A stretch of 64,000 nucleotides of DNA from Octopus vulgaris (lineage: Eukaryota): NCBI GenBank assembly GCA_951406725.2, contig OX597816.1, positions 146,878,001 through 146,942,000 on the forward strand, given 5' to 3'. The notes under the pieces were generated by a model, which saw only the letters and a program-made list of their open reading frames with translations, was not told the DNA's origin and made no database searches. This document shows, one piece after another, positions 40,161 to 55,204 of this stretch; position 1 is the stretch's first letter; each line of letters starts with the position of its first letter. Position numbers and translations under genes: made by a program.

Positions 40161-40175
40161 CCAAAATAAGAAAGC

Positions 40176-40215
<40 letters not shown>

Positions 40216-41100
40216 CGAGAGAGAGTGAAAGAAGGAATGAGTGAGAGCATGAGAGAGAGAAAGAGACATGAATAGGCAGATATATAGATATTCATAGCTA
40301 CAGATATTTATATATGCATATATACACTCACACACAGACACATGTATGCAATGTACGTGTATATGAATATACATAAAGATATATATATATATATATATAT
40401 ACAGATGTACATATGCACATATATGTATACATATATATACAGATGTATACAGATGTGTACATATGTATATATAAGTTTGCTACTGTATATAGTTGTTTCT
40501 ATTATGAGCACAAGAAATGAGGTTTTAGAGAATGATGTAATCGATCACTTCGACCCTAATGTTCTGGTACTTATTTTATCGAGCGCGCAGTATGTAAAAC
40601 TATGTCTACCGCGGCGAAATATGAAATTATTAACATAGGTGATAGGTTGAGTCTACATCCTGGGATTGGTGGCAAGCAATGAGTAAAAGATAACTACATA
40701 CACAGCGAAAAAGACAAATAATGGGAGAGAAGAAAAACAAAGAGCTAATCGCGGGGAAATTTGTAATTACGGTTAAGTAATTACAGGAAAAGTATAAATG
40801 ACTAATTTGCGGTATGTAATTATATTCGTGATTAATAAATATTTTTCTTTCAAAATATAAAATGTGATAAAATTAAAATTATGATAACCATGTATTCCTT
40901 ATTTCTTTGTATTACCCAGTTGTAAAGTGTACCTCAGATAGTATTAGGTATATGGCGAGGGTACAAATTTGAATTGAAAACGATATTAATAATTCTGATA
41001 ATCGTGATGCTATGATAATTAGAGTAATTAAAAGCCAATTTACTGGATCACTGAAATCGACAAGTTTTTTTCATTGTATCTCTATATATTTTCATTTATT

Positions 41101-41137
41101 CTCTTCTGATGAAGAGTCTAGGTTCGAAACATAAAAG
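41101..41137 (+). ncRNA. Degenerate minimal hammerhead motif
   Basis: CUGAUGA-A-GAGU(CUAG)GUUC-GAAAC-AUA-AAAG. Same repeat family as the 41516 and 41695 motifs, opposite strand. Confidence 0.5.
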
Positions 41138-41367
41138 TTTTTTCTTTCATTTACCAGAAGGTCAAACTTATACACTCGCTTGTTGTTCGTACACCTGTCT
41201 TGTTTTTTTGGTTTACTATAAATTTCAGCTATATTTATATGTATATATATATATAATTGAGAGAGTTGGTATGTGAAAGCACGTGGTTGGACGTATAAAG
41301 GAGAAAAAAGAGTGAAAACAGCTTTCTGTAGCTTGTAGTTTTTTCACTCTTTTTTGTCTTATATATA

Positions 41368-41417
<50 letters not shown>

Positions 41418-41438
41418 ACGGGAAGCTTTATGAAAATA

Positions 41439-41794
41439 AACAAAAGACGAAGGCAGGTGGAAAACAAACGAACAATTGTATTAGTATGGCGCTCAGGAAA
41501 TATAAATAAAACAAGTCTTTAACGTTTCGAGCCTACGCTCTTCAACAGAAAGATACACAGAGAGAGAAAAACACAGAAAGAAGGAGAGAAAAAAATGCGT
41601 GCAGTAGCTAACGAATCAACAAAAGACGAAGGCAGGTGGAAAACAAACGAACAATTGTATTAGTATGGCGCTCAGGAAATATAAATAAAACAAGTCTTTA
41701 ACGTTTCGAGCCTACGCTCTTCAACAGAAAGATACACAGAGAGAGAAAACACAGAAAGAAGGAGAGAAAAAAATGCGTGCAGTAGCTAACGAAT

Positions 41795-41795
<1 letters not shown>
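41439..41795 (-). repeat. 179/178-bp tandem duplication, each unit carrying a minimal hammerhead-like motif
   Basis: Units 41439-41617 and 41618-41795 are identical except for one A in a homopolymer. Motifs lie at 41516-41553 and 41695-41732. Confidence 0.9.
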
Positions 41796-41863
<68 letters not shown>

Positions 41864-44004
41864 TATACATATATATACATATATATGTATACATGTATGC
41901 ATATACACATTGCACGCAGGTATACATATGCATTGAAACATAATACATACATTAATACATACACTCATACGCACACACATACTGACGCAATTGAGAAAGG
42001 GAATACATTTGAGAGTGACTATCGAAAATATAGTAGATAAAACAGAAAAAGTCTATTGTATGAATATTGCTCGGAGTACTACACATATGAAAAATTAAGC
42101 AAGTAAACATTCAGTTATTCATTCCAAATTTTGCTACTGCTTTCCAAATCAAGTTGATTCCTCAGAAAAAAATATCATTGATTGAATTAATTCCATCCAC
42201 ATCAAGTTATTGATAACTTCACAATGTACACATCTTGTATCAATATAATTACAGTGAAACATACATTCTTCAACAAAGTTGTGCTTTAAATACATAGCAT
42301 TTCAGCATGTTTAAATCTCCCCTGCGTATCAACGAACAACAATGCTACCACAAACTGTTTGATCATCGCCTAGAAAAAGGATAAATATCTCCCTCAATAC
42401 AGATGCTACAATGTTGATAAAGGAAGGATACAGTGGATATTGTTATGGCAGATTCATTGTGGTTGAAGTAAAAGACTACATGCTCACAGCTGGTAAGCCA
42501 TTAATCATAGATAACGCAATAAAGGGCTAGTTCTGGATAAGCAACAGTGCCCAAACGCAGATATTCTAATAGCCACAACCCCTCCTCTATTTCTCTCTCT
42601 CATTCATACACATACAGCTGTGTGTTATGTGTGTGTGCATATGTGTGTATACAGATGATCGTCCACATCACGGTAAGTTTACAAATGTAACCTGAACGTT
42701 GTCCCCAGATATAATCAGTGACATACTATGTGGCAAGGATGGCCTTTAGAATTACAGTTGCACACTATCCAAAATATTATCGGTTTATATAGGATTCTGT
42801 TTACGTGATTTCAGTTGACCTGAGGCTACCGTAAACTCTGCGAAGAAGGATGAAATTCGGATAAATCATGATTAGGAATGCGTCATGTAGGGACTGCCGT
42901 ATTTTCAATTAATTAGAATTTCCCTCTTAGAGATAGATATCACACATCTAGGGTTATTGTTTGCGAATTGCAAATAACGGAAGGTAATTTAAGACATTTA
43001 CAATTATACATTATTCTATTATTTAATTTATACTCAAAGGAGAAAAGAAATTTAATATTTGAGTACAGATACAACTTGTGTTTATCAGATCTTATACGTG
43101 TATTGTATTGTATTGAAGGCTGCTTGATGTGACGACATATTGTTTGTCACATATAGAAAAATTGCTATTTATCGAAATTTATGCTACAACTTCATAAGAA
43201 GAATTTTTCTTAACATTATTTTTTAATTAACCAAATTTTTCTTGCCATAAATTATTCGTAACCCCTTTTCTATATGTATCATCTTTTCACCTTGTCAAGC
43301 CTGAGTTGTCACAAAGATTATGAGCTTTAATAGACCGGAAAATGTCCATCGCAGCTGTCATTCATGCAGATAAATATCAGACTTCTCTTCCCAAAAGCAT
43401 CTAAATTAACTTCGCAAGTTAATCCATTATTTTTCGAAATTATCGCTCCCGTCCATCAATGTTCACTAACAATTACAATCTCTCACTCTCTCCTATTAAA
43501 AAGAGGCAATATATATATACTTTATACACTTTTATTTGAACATAACAGCTTGCCTTGTTCAATTTTTCAAGCTTTTATTTTAATACAAATTATTCTGCTC
43601 AGCTATTATTCGTTTTTTTCACCCCCAAATACAGAATGTTGTCAACTCACCAATTATGCGTCACCAATTTATACTATGTTAATAATATATAATATGTCCA
43701 TACTGAAGTACTGCCACTACAGAAAAAGAAAAATCAAATTATTTTTCTGCTAAAAGTGTCAAATAATTTTGATTAAAACAGCTTTTATTTTTCGCAATTA
43801 TTTCCATTTTATTTCGGACACACTAATAAGTCCTGCGGGCTTTTGAGTTCTTTTTCTTCGTCTGAAGGAAATTAATGATATGTTATACACACATCATTCA
43901 CTACATCCTGTCTTAGTGATACGTGCGAGTGTGGCTGTACTAGACTGTGGTTGTCTAATACAGATTCTAATCTAAACAATATATATACCGTGATATAGTC
44001 TTAG

Positions 44005-44043
<39 letters not shown>

Positions 44044-45755
44044 GAAGACACATGCAAATGCTAATTCCTGAAATATATACTGAATTTAAACACAAATATA
44101 ATTTCCTAAATAAAACGGTCACGTAGGCACCGTTTCGGCCGGTCGTTATTCCTTTCTTAAAAGAAACATAAACACGTTAAATGCAAGTAAAGCTACTGGA
44201 CTCATCTTACGTCTGTTGTTGATATTAAATGGCGCCATAGGCGGAAAGCAAGACGGGTAATAAACATGCCGGTTCACTCCAATTGAATAATGCAAATGTA
44301 ATTGATATGCCATTATCCACATAGAACAATTTCAAGAGTAGGATGGATTGTAAAAACAAATGACATGGATATGACATGTTTTATTTTGTTAAACAAAATT
44401 CTTATTACACTATGAAGAAATATGTTTAGTTTCGCTTTCCTAACGATTTAATTCCCGTATGTATTCATTAAAACGAATTCGCAGATAGTTTGAATCTCAT
44501 TTCATACGGCACTGTAGTTGCTTAAGAATTTACCTTATGTTTTAACGCGGAAGCATATACCACATTATGTTGTGGAGCTTCTTATTTATCTAACAGTTAC
44601 TCTTCAGCGAACACACACACGCACACACACACACACGCACACACACACACACACGCACACACACACACACACGCACACACGCACACACACGCACACACAC
44701 ACACACACGTATATATATACTATAAAATAATTCTATTAGAGACCACCTTGTTATTATAGCACTAATCACAACATTATCTAATGCATTCTACTAATACATA
44801 TATTTGTAGAACACACAAATATATATACACACACACACACTAATATAGACACACACATACATATATATATAGTTTGGAAAAATGCAAACTCCAAGAATAT
44901 TGTAGGGTTGCCAATATAAAATCCCTCTACAAGAGAAGAGGAAGCATTACGAACGTTGAAAATCTCGCCATGCTTTAAATTTATGCAGCAGAAATTCAGA
45001 AAAGCTAAAGCTGGTATCTAAAAAAATACCGTATAATGTTTTCCTACAGACCAAAATGTTTGCACTTTCTTCTGACACACGTGCCCCAACAAGGATAAAT
45101 AATCTCAAATCATTTATTTTAAGTTCGCATCGCATCAAATTGGTGTTGGAGGATGTTCTGGAAACTTAATCTGACACCAAGGAATAGAAGTAACAGGAAG
45201 TATTAAACTCGTGTTCTTTTGAAGATGCTTGCTGTTATTATTTATCTTGATCTATATCCCTGCTCTCATCAACATCTGCAACATGATAATGCAGGAAGTG
45301 CTGCTATTGTTGATAGTGACATGATAAACATTGAATTGTTCGTCGAAAATCATCAGCATTTGATAATCAAGGCCCTGCTGACAGACTCAAGACATGTCTC
45401 TGAATGTCTGCAAATTCTAGGGTTATTAAATTAGGAGCAAATGAGTGAAATGGAACGAAATTTGTCGATGGAGACCTGTCAAGTGTAGAAATTCAACGGT
45501 TTACACGTGCAGAATCATTATTTGTCTAGCTGTTTTTTATGCTATGGTCATTTCTGTAATTAGAAATTTCACTTGGCGATTTGAAGCTGAAAAAAAAAAA
45601 TTCTGAAGCCGTTTCATTTCAATAGCAATATATTTCAATGTAACGAGCCATTTAAAAAAATTGCAATGCAGAAGGAAATAGCAATGAATTTTATATACAT
45701 AAATTCACCTGAAATTTATACTACATTCGAGTAATATTAGGCATTTTCAGCTCAA

Positions 45756-45821
<66 letters not shown>

Positions 45822-47805
45822 GTGTGTGTGTCTGTGTGTCTGTGTGTGTGTATACTCAACAAACTTTATTAATACCAACTAGAAGACATCTTTCCAATTC
45901 GGTGTAATTCACTTCTGGTCTTTCTTACGATGGCAGCCACAATAGAAAAAAAAGTGAGTGCTAAAGAACAAACATGCCTCAGTATCAAAATCTGTATCTA
46001 ATAGACACATAGACTTCATACGTATAGGTTTAGCAAAACTTCGGAACAAAAATGCACGAAAGGCCATATCAAAAAATATATATTCTAATTGAGGCACCAG
46101 GCCAGCAAAATTTGAGGGGAGAGACTATTCGTTATTATCAAACCAGTATGTGCATGATGCTTTATATAATCGAGTCCGAAATGTGGAAAACCTAAGTTGA
46201 TTTCGTTGGGATTTGATCAGGAAGGTATTTACTGAGATGCTCTGTTAATTCTCATTCCAGTTCATCCCACTGAATGATTATTTCGTACTTAGGCACAAGA
46301 CATAAAGACATCGAATCCGAATTAATCGGAGCCCTGCAGTCTTTGAATTCAGAATATAAATGACCAAAATGGAAACGTTAAGTCATTTCTTACTAGCGAT
46401 ATAAAGATTTTGCAATAATAAGAAGGACTATCTTTAGATTGCACCAGGTATGGACATATATTTATAACAGGAAGATTATCGTAAGCTACAGAGAGCAGAA
46501 CAATGGAAGATTAATATATACAATTACAATACAATGAACCATTTTCTAAGAAGAATCCAACGAATACAATCAAATGCCGAAGCAACAGATAGTTTCAAGT
46601 AATGGAAGACACAGCAGGAACTGTTAAGAAAAGAATAAAATCTAAGTTAAATGAGCCCCACGAAATGCTAAGATGATAAAACAATAACCACAAAAGACCC
46701 CACATTGCGAATAACAGGAAAAAAAACTGAATAGGATAGAAGTAGACAAGAAATGATTACAGCACGTGCTAAGAAAGATGAGATGCAAATCGAAAAATAA
46801 ATGGGTATTCTTACGTCCCCTCCAAACACAACTGAAAGCATGTAAAGCAGCCGGATGCAGTAATAAGAAAAATACAATGCTTGCTGAACCTACTATAGAC
46901 GACGAAATGCGAGAACATCTTGTTCGTTCACTGTCCTGGAAATAGCAATGAAATTTTTCTTCAATTATACCATACCGTCCAACCTAAAGGACATGTTGTA
47001 TAATGTAGACCTGACTCCACATTACACAGAACTTAGAAAAAATGTGGAATAGTCATAGTTAGAAATTATTTGTAGGTTTGCTCGGCAAATGTAAACCTAC
47101 GGTTAAGTAATAAATAAATAATAACAGAAATAGAAAATATTTACCGAATACGATTCGAGGATACTTATATGAATCAGAGCTTAGACAAATGAACAAAGCT
47201 AGATTATTAGCAACGAAGAACTCCTAGCAGTAAAGGGTGATAGATGAAGAAATTCAAAACAATTAGAAGTGAATTTACCAAATTCTTACAGAAGTGTTAG
47301 TGTAAATTATCATTTCTTACAGTGAGTAGCATGACGTATTTCTGGTTAAGAAATATAATCAGCAAACTCTTGGTTTTATTTTCGATTCCATCCTACTAAA
47401 TATTGGACAAGTGTTTTCTAACAGTTGTCATAGCTTGATCACTAACCTGTGGGTGTATTTGGTTTGTGCGTGTATTTTAAGATTCTTTGAGAAATGATTA
47501 ATACCCAATTTAGCAAATCCAAAATTCCTGTTTACGGAAACTCGTGAATCACCGTGGAATGTGCAGTACTACTTATATAAACAATTAGCTTTCCACTTCA
47601 TAGTTTTAACATAAACCTCATGACTACGAGACCATTTTCTACTACAGACATTCATCTGATGTCTCTTATTGCCATTAGTCTATCCCGATAGCTAATGCTT
47701 TAAATACACTCTGACTGCACTGACTTACTACACTTACAATCTCTCGCTCGCTTTCTCTCTCTCCATCCATGCATACATACATACATACATACATACATAC
47801 ATACA

Positions 47806-47836
<31 letters not shown>

Positions 47837-48554
47837 GTACATACATGCATCTTATGCATCTTATCATACATACATGCATCTTGTGCATGCATACATACTT
47901 GCATACATACATGCCTACATAGATATAATACGTGTGAGTGTGTTTGCATATATCTTTCATGTGAGGAAGATGCAGATATTTTATTTCTACATTGTTAAGA
48001 CTTGTTTAAATGTTACTAGCGCACACTCACACGAATACACACGCTTTCGAAAAATTTTATACCGCATTTACAATATATCTGCAGATATGTAACCATAATA
48101 GTGTATCGAAATAACAAACTTTGGGAACTCTTTTCCGACTGTAAACGTAAAATATATTGACAGGATAATAAAGCAGTTTGAATACATCATGTATGACAAA
48201 TTAGTATCAAGTCGATATATATATTCTGGGGAGCAGTGCTTAAATTTTAAGCAGATTAATTAGAAATGACCTGGTTTTTCGCAATTTCTGTACATCCTAG
48301 GGACATAAATATCTGCCATGTGAATTCAGATGCAATTTATTAGGGTTCGTGTATCATGTTTAGAATATATAAGGCTAATTTTTCTTCTCATATATAAATA
48401 ACCCGAAGGTGAAATCAATATTCTGTTCTAATTTCATAAAGAGACAAACACAGACCATAAAAGGACGCGCAGACTTCTTTCGTTAAAACATCTTCCACAT
48501 ATTCATATATATAAAACAAGCATGTCTATCTATGGATAAATACACCTATGTATA

Positions 48555-48632
<78 letters not shown>

Positions 48633-48734
48633 GTATATACATATATTTCTGTGTATACCTAGCAATCTATCAATCACTCTCTCTATTTCCGACTGTCAGC
48701 CTCAGTCTCTGTCAATTCCACACACACACGCTCT

Positions 48735-48783
<49 letters not shown>

Positions 48784-48795
48784 GCCTGTATATTC

Positions 48796-48901
<106 letters not shown>

Positions 48902-49929
48902 ATGTATATGTACACAAAGACACACATTCACCAAACGCAGACATTTAAAAAGATATTCGTATAGATAAAACTACGCAATATTATTAATATCTTTTTAGTT
49001 ATTTTGTATGTTTGCATTACAGTAGATAAATAACCAGAAATACATAATTAAATTTACTATCCTGGATTTCTACATATAGTATTGATTTATGGGAAATATA
49101 AGCTACAATTTATATAGCCCAATATTTATACTATTCATCAATAGCAATTTTTAACATATACATATACATACAAGCACACATTCATTCATAACTATATATA
49201 TGTGTGTATGAGTTTCTTGTCTGTGTCTGTATGTGTCTCTGTGTGACTGTGTGTTTCTGTGTAACATAGATATATATGATGGTTCAAATATGACTATATG
49301 TGAAGGCAGAGAATAGGGCAGAGAAGGAGGGAGAGAGAAAGAAAGAGAGAGGGAGAAAAAGAATGAGAACGAAGACAAATATAGGCTATTTGATACACAT
49401 TGAAATATAGATAAAACTGCTTATTAAGAGATGCAAAGGAAGCCGGTAAAACATAAAGGGAAAAACAAAGCAAAATTAAATTCATTGTTCCAGTTATTAA
49501 GTTCAAATCTTTCCATAATCATCAGGAGAATCAGATTCATGATTTGCCTGTCATCATCGAATAGAGAAAGCTCCATGCACGCTTCCTTGGTCAAGTATCC
49601 TCAAATTGTAATATGAGTTTAAAGCTGCTTTTTAAATCTTCTAGACGTTCTTAACGGTCTGCTTTTCCATTTTCTGACAACTACTTCAGGATTTCAAAAC
49701 ATCAAGTATGAACCCCTCATTTACGGGTCATAAATACACCAACACGGATGGTGGGGGACCGTTTTTTTATTTTTCAGTCCCTTTCGAAATTACCCCTAAT
49801 AGTTGTTTGGATTTTCACAATTTTTTCTAGCGCGTTAGATGTCCTATTATGGCCATCTCTTATGTGTTTAAAGGTACACTGTATATATATACATATATAT
49901 ATATATATATGTTTTTATCTCTGTGTTTA

Positions 49930-50058
49930 TCCCCCCACTGTCGCTTGACAGCCGATGTCGGTGGGTTTATGTCCCCGATCTTAGAGACCAAGCGAATAAG
50001 TTGATCTGTTCGACTAAAGGCATTGCCGGAGTCAAATGACTGAAACACGTAAAAGAAT
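49930..50058 (+). mobile_element. SINE family A 3' fragment
   Basis: cgcttgacagccgatg...cgactaaagg...caaatgactgaaacacgtaaaaga. Confidence 0.7.
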
Positions 50059-50902
50059 AGTTAAACGGAACAAAGAGTTAAACGAAAAAAAAGGACGGGA
50101 TAGAAAAAGGATTGGAGAGAAAACGGAGCAGAGAGAAAAAAGAAAAGAAATAGAGAGCGATGGGGAAGAAAAAATGTAATTTGAAAATATATATATTAGC
50201 GGCAGATGTTGTATTAATACCTTGAGGTAATGTTTATGCCCACTTAAACATGGATAGTCTGTTAGAACAAACTGCACTGCGGTTGTTACCAAGCTTACTT
50301 GGCTAATTGCCTGTATAACACTGTTTATCAATATATCGCTGGCGGTGGGATGAGTCGCTGCTAGCAATAGAATGAACATTATTGACAAGGTCGAAAACAC
50401 GTGATCAGGTGCTCTCAGCGCTTGATGTAGAGGGGATTTATCTCCTCACTGGCGATATAAGCTAGAGTGCATTTAGCACCAAAGAGCTAAGATGAGTGTT
50501 TCTCTCATGGTAACAACCGTTGTACTGATTCTTCTAAAACAACATCCACGTTTAAGTGGACAGAAATATCACCCCACGGTGTTAATACAACCTCTGTCAC
50601 TGAAATGTAACTCTTACCACCAAAATGAATGTGCAGAAATATATATTTGACTATGAGCCATAACCCTACATAAGATAAACGTCTAAAGGTCACCTTTCAA
50701 AACATATTTCAAGGAAAAAATTATAAATTGACACAAAATAAAACACGTGCAGATGCGCATACACAACCGGATCCTGACACAAGCATCCCATATATATGTA
50801 TATACATACATTATATATATTCACATACATACATACATGCATACATACATACATACATACATACATACACACAAACACATATATATACACATATATAGAT
50901 AC

Positions 50903-50959
<57 letters not shown>

Positions 50960-50987
50960 CATATATATACATGTGTGTGTGTGTATA

Positions 50988-51819
50988 CAGAGTGCAATGT
51001 GTAAATTGTTGCCATTTTGTATTTTTGATTTTCCACATGTGCATTGTTTGTTTTTGACTTTAACGACTACACAGTACTGTAGGGCCAGTTGGGCACCGCC
51101 AGTGAGAAAAAAAGCACCATGACGCAATTCACTCTGCAAGAAATTTAGAAACGACATGCTTTACTGCATGGCATTCGCGCTGGAAGTCACAATACGAACT
51201 TTTCAAAGTGCTTCGGTGTCAATTTGAGGATAGTACATGTACCGAGAGTGATAAAAATCAAAAATCCAGTCAACATCATGGTATTTGGAGTGATCACTAG
51301 TGATGGCAATGCTATACCTCCATTCATCTTCCCACACAGCCTCAGACTCAACACGGAGGCCTACATCAAGTGCCTGGAGGAGGTAGTGCTGCCCTCGGTG
51401 AAGAGGGTGGCTGCTGGAAGACATTTTACCTGGCAACAGGAATCTACACCATGCCTCACAAGCTGGAGAAACTAGTCATGGCTGCCAGACAATTTCGGTG
51501 ACCATATCACCGCTACCATCTGGACATCTAACTCGCCAGACTGAAAACCCGTTGATTATTATGAGTGACACACAGTTGAGCGAGAGATGAACAAAACTGA
51601 TTGTGACACCAACGATGAAATGAAGGCAACGTTTATGGCAGTATTCACCAACTTAAACAAGGTGACCGTCCAAAAGAGGTGCCGGAGATTCGAAGTCGTC
51701 TGGAGGCCGTGGTTGAAGCCAATGGCGATTTTATCGAATAAATTTAATCTTTAGCATTTCAAGATATTTTTATGTAATTTTGGTAAATATCTCTGTGAAA
51801 ACGAGGTGTCATTATCACT

Positions 51820-51824
<5 letters not shown>
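50988..51824 (+). mobile_element. Internally deleted Tc1/mariner-superfamily DNA transposon with a decayed transposase C-terminus
   Basis: IMVFGVITSDG, YIKCLEEVVLP, FTWQQESTPCLTS (cf. QQDSAPCH), decayed W..NSPD..P.DY, and C-terminal RLEAVVEANGDFIE*. Ends are TA|CAGAGTG and CACTTTCTG|TA, i.e. short imperfect TIRs with TA flanks. Confidence 0.8.
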
Positions 51825-51886
<62 letters not shown>

Positions 51887-52586
51887 CACCGGCAAATGTA
51901 TGCATATACACAAATCAATATGTGCTTATATAAATACATGCATATACATATATGTAAAATATATGCTGTATACCGTATGCTTTCCGGAAGATAAAACAGA
52001 TATATATTTATGAATATTTCCAATTTTATTCTTGTTGTATAGGCCAATCTTACTGTAAAGAAAGCAGACAATGCTTGATTGACTTATAAAAGAAAATTTA
52101 TTAAGCATAAACATATGTGATATGTGAAATAGTCATTATCAATTGCTTATAGGAATACCTAAAGATAAGAATGGTAATGGTATTTGTTATGACCCAAGAT
52201 ATATCCAATAACTTGCATGCAGATAGTAAACAAGGAATCTTAAACACAATAAAGCATCATGCGGTAAATATCTATTTGATTTTCTACGTGTGAAATCGTA
52301 TACTGTGATATTTATTTGTTTCTCTTACACGGATGTATAGTTATTGGGCCCGAACAATCTGTATATCATTATAGCCAGTTTGCAACATCGTAATGATATT
52401 CTACATTCTACTAGAAGTAGAGCAATAATCAAAATATATCATCCGAATACTCATCGCAAATTCTATATTTCAACAAGCATTATTCTATTAAATAACGATT
52501 TGTAAGCAAGCAATCGGATTGAAATACGTGACGATATCTTATGAGATGAAATACATTTTCAGAATACGAATGCTGACAATATTATG

Positions 52587-52620
<34 letters not shown>

Positions 52621-52879
52621 CGTGTGTGCGTGTGTGTATATATGAGCGTTTGTATGCGAGCGAGTGCATATTTGCGCGTGTACGTGCATGTGCGCGTGTG
52701 CGTATGTGTGTGTGTATGTGCATGTATATGCATGTGTGTGCGTGTGTATAAGTATGTGTGTATATTCGCTTATCGATTTATGAATATTCCTCAAACACCG
52801 ACGTAAGAAAACAATGCAATATACTACGCAAATACAATGTCTCTGTTTACACCTAAACACACATGTGTGTGGGTATCAG

Positions 52880-52962
<83 letters not shown>

Positions 52963-53228
52963 ATATATGTATATATATGTATGTATATATACATATATAG
53001 GTAGATAGGTAGAGAGAGAGAGGGGGAGACAGAGAGAGACAATTAGAGAAAGGAACAGACACACACACAGATAGGGTTATACAAACATATATATAGATAT
53101 GTGTGTGTTTGTGTGCGTTTGATTGTCTCACTCTCCGTATCTATGTCTGTGTGTTTCACTCTGTGTGTGTGTGTGTTTGTATGCGTGTTTGTGTGTCTGA
53201 CTCACTGTGTCTGTGTCTCGTGTGTCTC

Positions 53229-53267
<39 letters not shown>

Positions 53268-53818
53268 ATCTTCTGTTCGTGGGGTGTACTTCTGAATTCA
53301 TGTACAGTGATTTTGTGTACATGTACATTTGAATATATAAATCTTGGTCGTTTGTATAAATATATACGTAGATGTGTTATGACTATCAGAGAATGTTAAA
53401 CAAAGCAGTGTCCTATATGATGACGTAACAAATGTATAATTCATAGAAATGTATTCCCTTCGTTCATTTTGTCTGCAAGATATGAAAGATTTTTTCAAGG
53501 AGAGGAAAATAAAGACATCAGAGATTAGTTCCATTTACATATAATATCTACATATAAGCAAGTAAGAAGTAAAAAAGAATAGGATAACAAAAAGTGAATC
53601 CACTCATATACAATAGCAAATGTCTTTTTGTTATAACATGTTTAAATACTCTTTAATTATTTCTTTTCGCACTCTTGTTATTTTCTTCACATATGTTGAT
53701 AGGTTTAAACTATCATATAAAGTATGACACCACACACACATATATATGTATGTAAGTATATTTATATGTACATTTATATATTTACACACACACATATATA
53801 TATATATACATATATATA

Positions 53819-53878
<60 letters not shown>

Positions 53879-53924
53879 TATGTGTGTATATATATATGTA
53901 TATATACATACATATATGTGTGTT

Positions 53925-53957
<33 letters not shown>

Positions 53958-53958
<1 letters not shown>

Positions 53959-54147
53959 TTCTTTTTATTCTTTGACTTGCTTCACCTTCGGCAGAACAAA
54001 TCGACCCCAGGTCTTATTCGTTCTAAACCTAATACATATTCTGCCGGTTTTCTACCGAACTGTTAAGTTACAGGGACGTAAACACAGTAACATCGGTTGT
54101 CAAGTAATAGAGTGGGACAGCAATACGCACTCACACACTGATATATG

Positions 54148-54219
<72 letters not shown>

Positions 54220-54354
54220 GATGGGTTTCTTTGAGTTTCCGTCTGCCGTATACACTCCCAAGGTTTGGTCGCCCCAAGATGCCGCGCAATGGGACTGAAC
54301 CCGGAGCCATGTGGTTGGAAGGCAAGTTTCTTACCACATAGCAACGCCAGCGCC
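53958..54354 (-). mobile_element. SINE family A copy (diverged)
   Basis: GGGACTGAACCCGGAGCCATGTGG head and CATCGGTTGTCAAG body match the family in reverse. Confidence 0.8.
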
Positions 54355-54707
54355 TGCTTCAAAGACTTTCCCTGTATACACGCTAGCCCAATTTGATTCG
54401 TCCTCATTAGTCGAAAGTCACGAGTTGTTATATTCTTCTAATTTGTATTTGTAATTGTGTACCATGTTCTCTGTTTTTTTTCTATGTTGTAGTACACATT
54501 CACTTGCTTCTAATGCTCTTCGCTTAGACATTAGCAGGAGGGAGCAACCAGATTTGAACAACCTGAAGTATAGTTACCCGAAACTCTTATGACAATTTGG
54601 AAACTTGTCTGACGAAATAAGACCACGAATGACCCATCCTTTTTCCTCTCTGCCTTTGAATCATCTATATATCCAGATGTTTTATTGTCCTCTATCTCGT
54701 TTTTGTT

Positions 54708-54782
<75 letters not shown>

Positions 54783-54851
54783 AATATTAGGGAATAAATC
54801 CAAACTTACAGGGAAAAATCAGATTTAGGATTGAATCCAATTTTATAGTAA

Positions 54852-55036
54852 AATATTATATTATATTAAATTAGAGACAAAACCACTATTATGCAAATCA
54901 AACAATGAAAGACTTAAGCCAATACATAAATTAATTTATATTATTTAGATATGTAACAATTGTTACATATCTAAATAATATAAATTAATTCATTGTTTGA
55001 TTTTCATTATAGTGGTTATGTCTCTAATTTAATTTA

Positions 55037-55045
<9 letters not shown>
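54852..55045. repeat. AT-rich palindrome with a 62-bp perfect spacer-less core (54929-54990)
   Basis: aattaatttatattatttagatatgtaacaa|ttgttacatatctaaataatataaattaatt, plus ~55-bp imperfect outer arms. Confidence 0.92.
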
Positions 55046-55072
<27 letters not shown>

Positions 55073-55074
55073 AT

Positions 55075-55118
<44 letters not shown>

Positions 55119-55170
55119 TATATATATATATGTATATGTATATGTATGTACATGTATATATGTATATATG

Positions 55171-55204
<34 letters not shown>

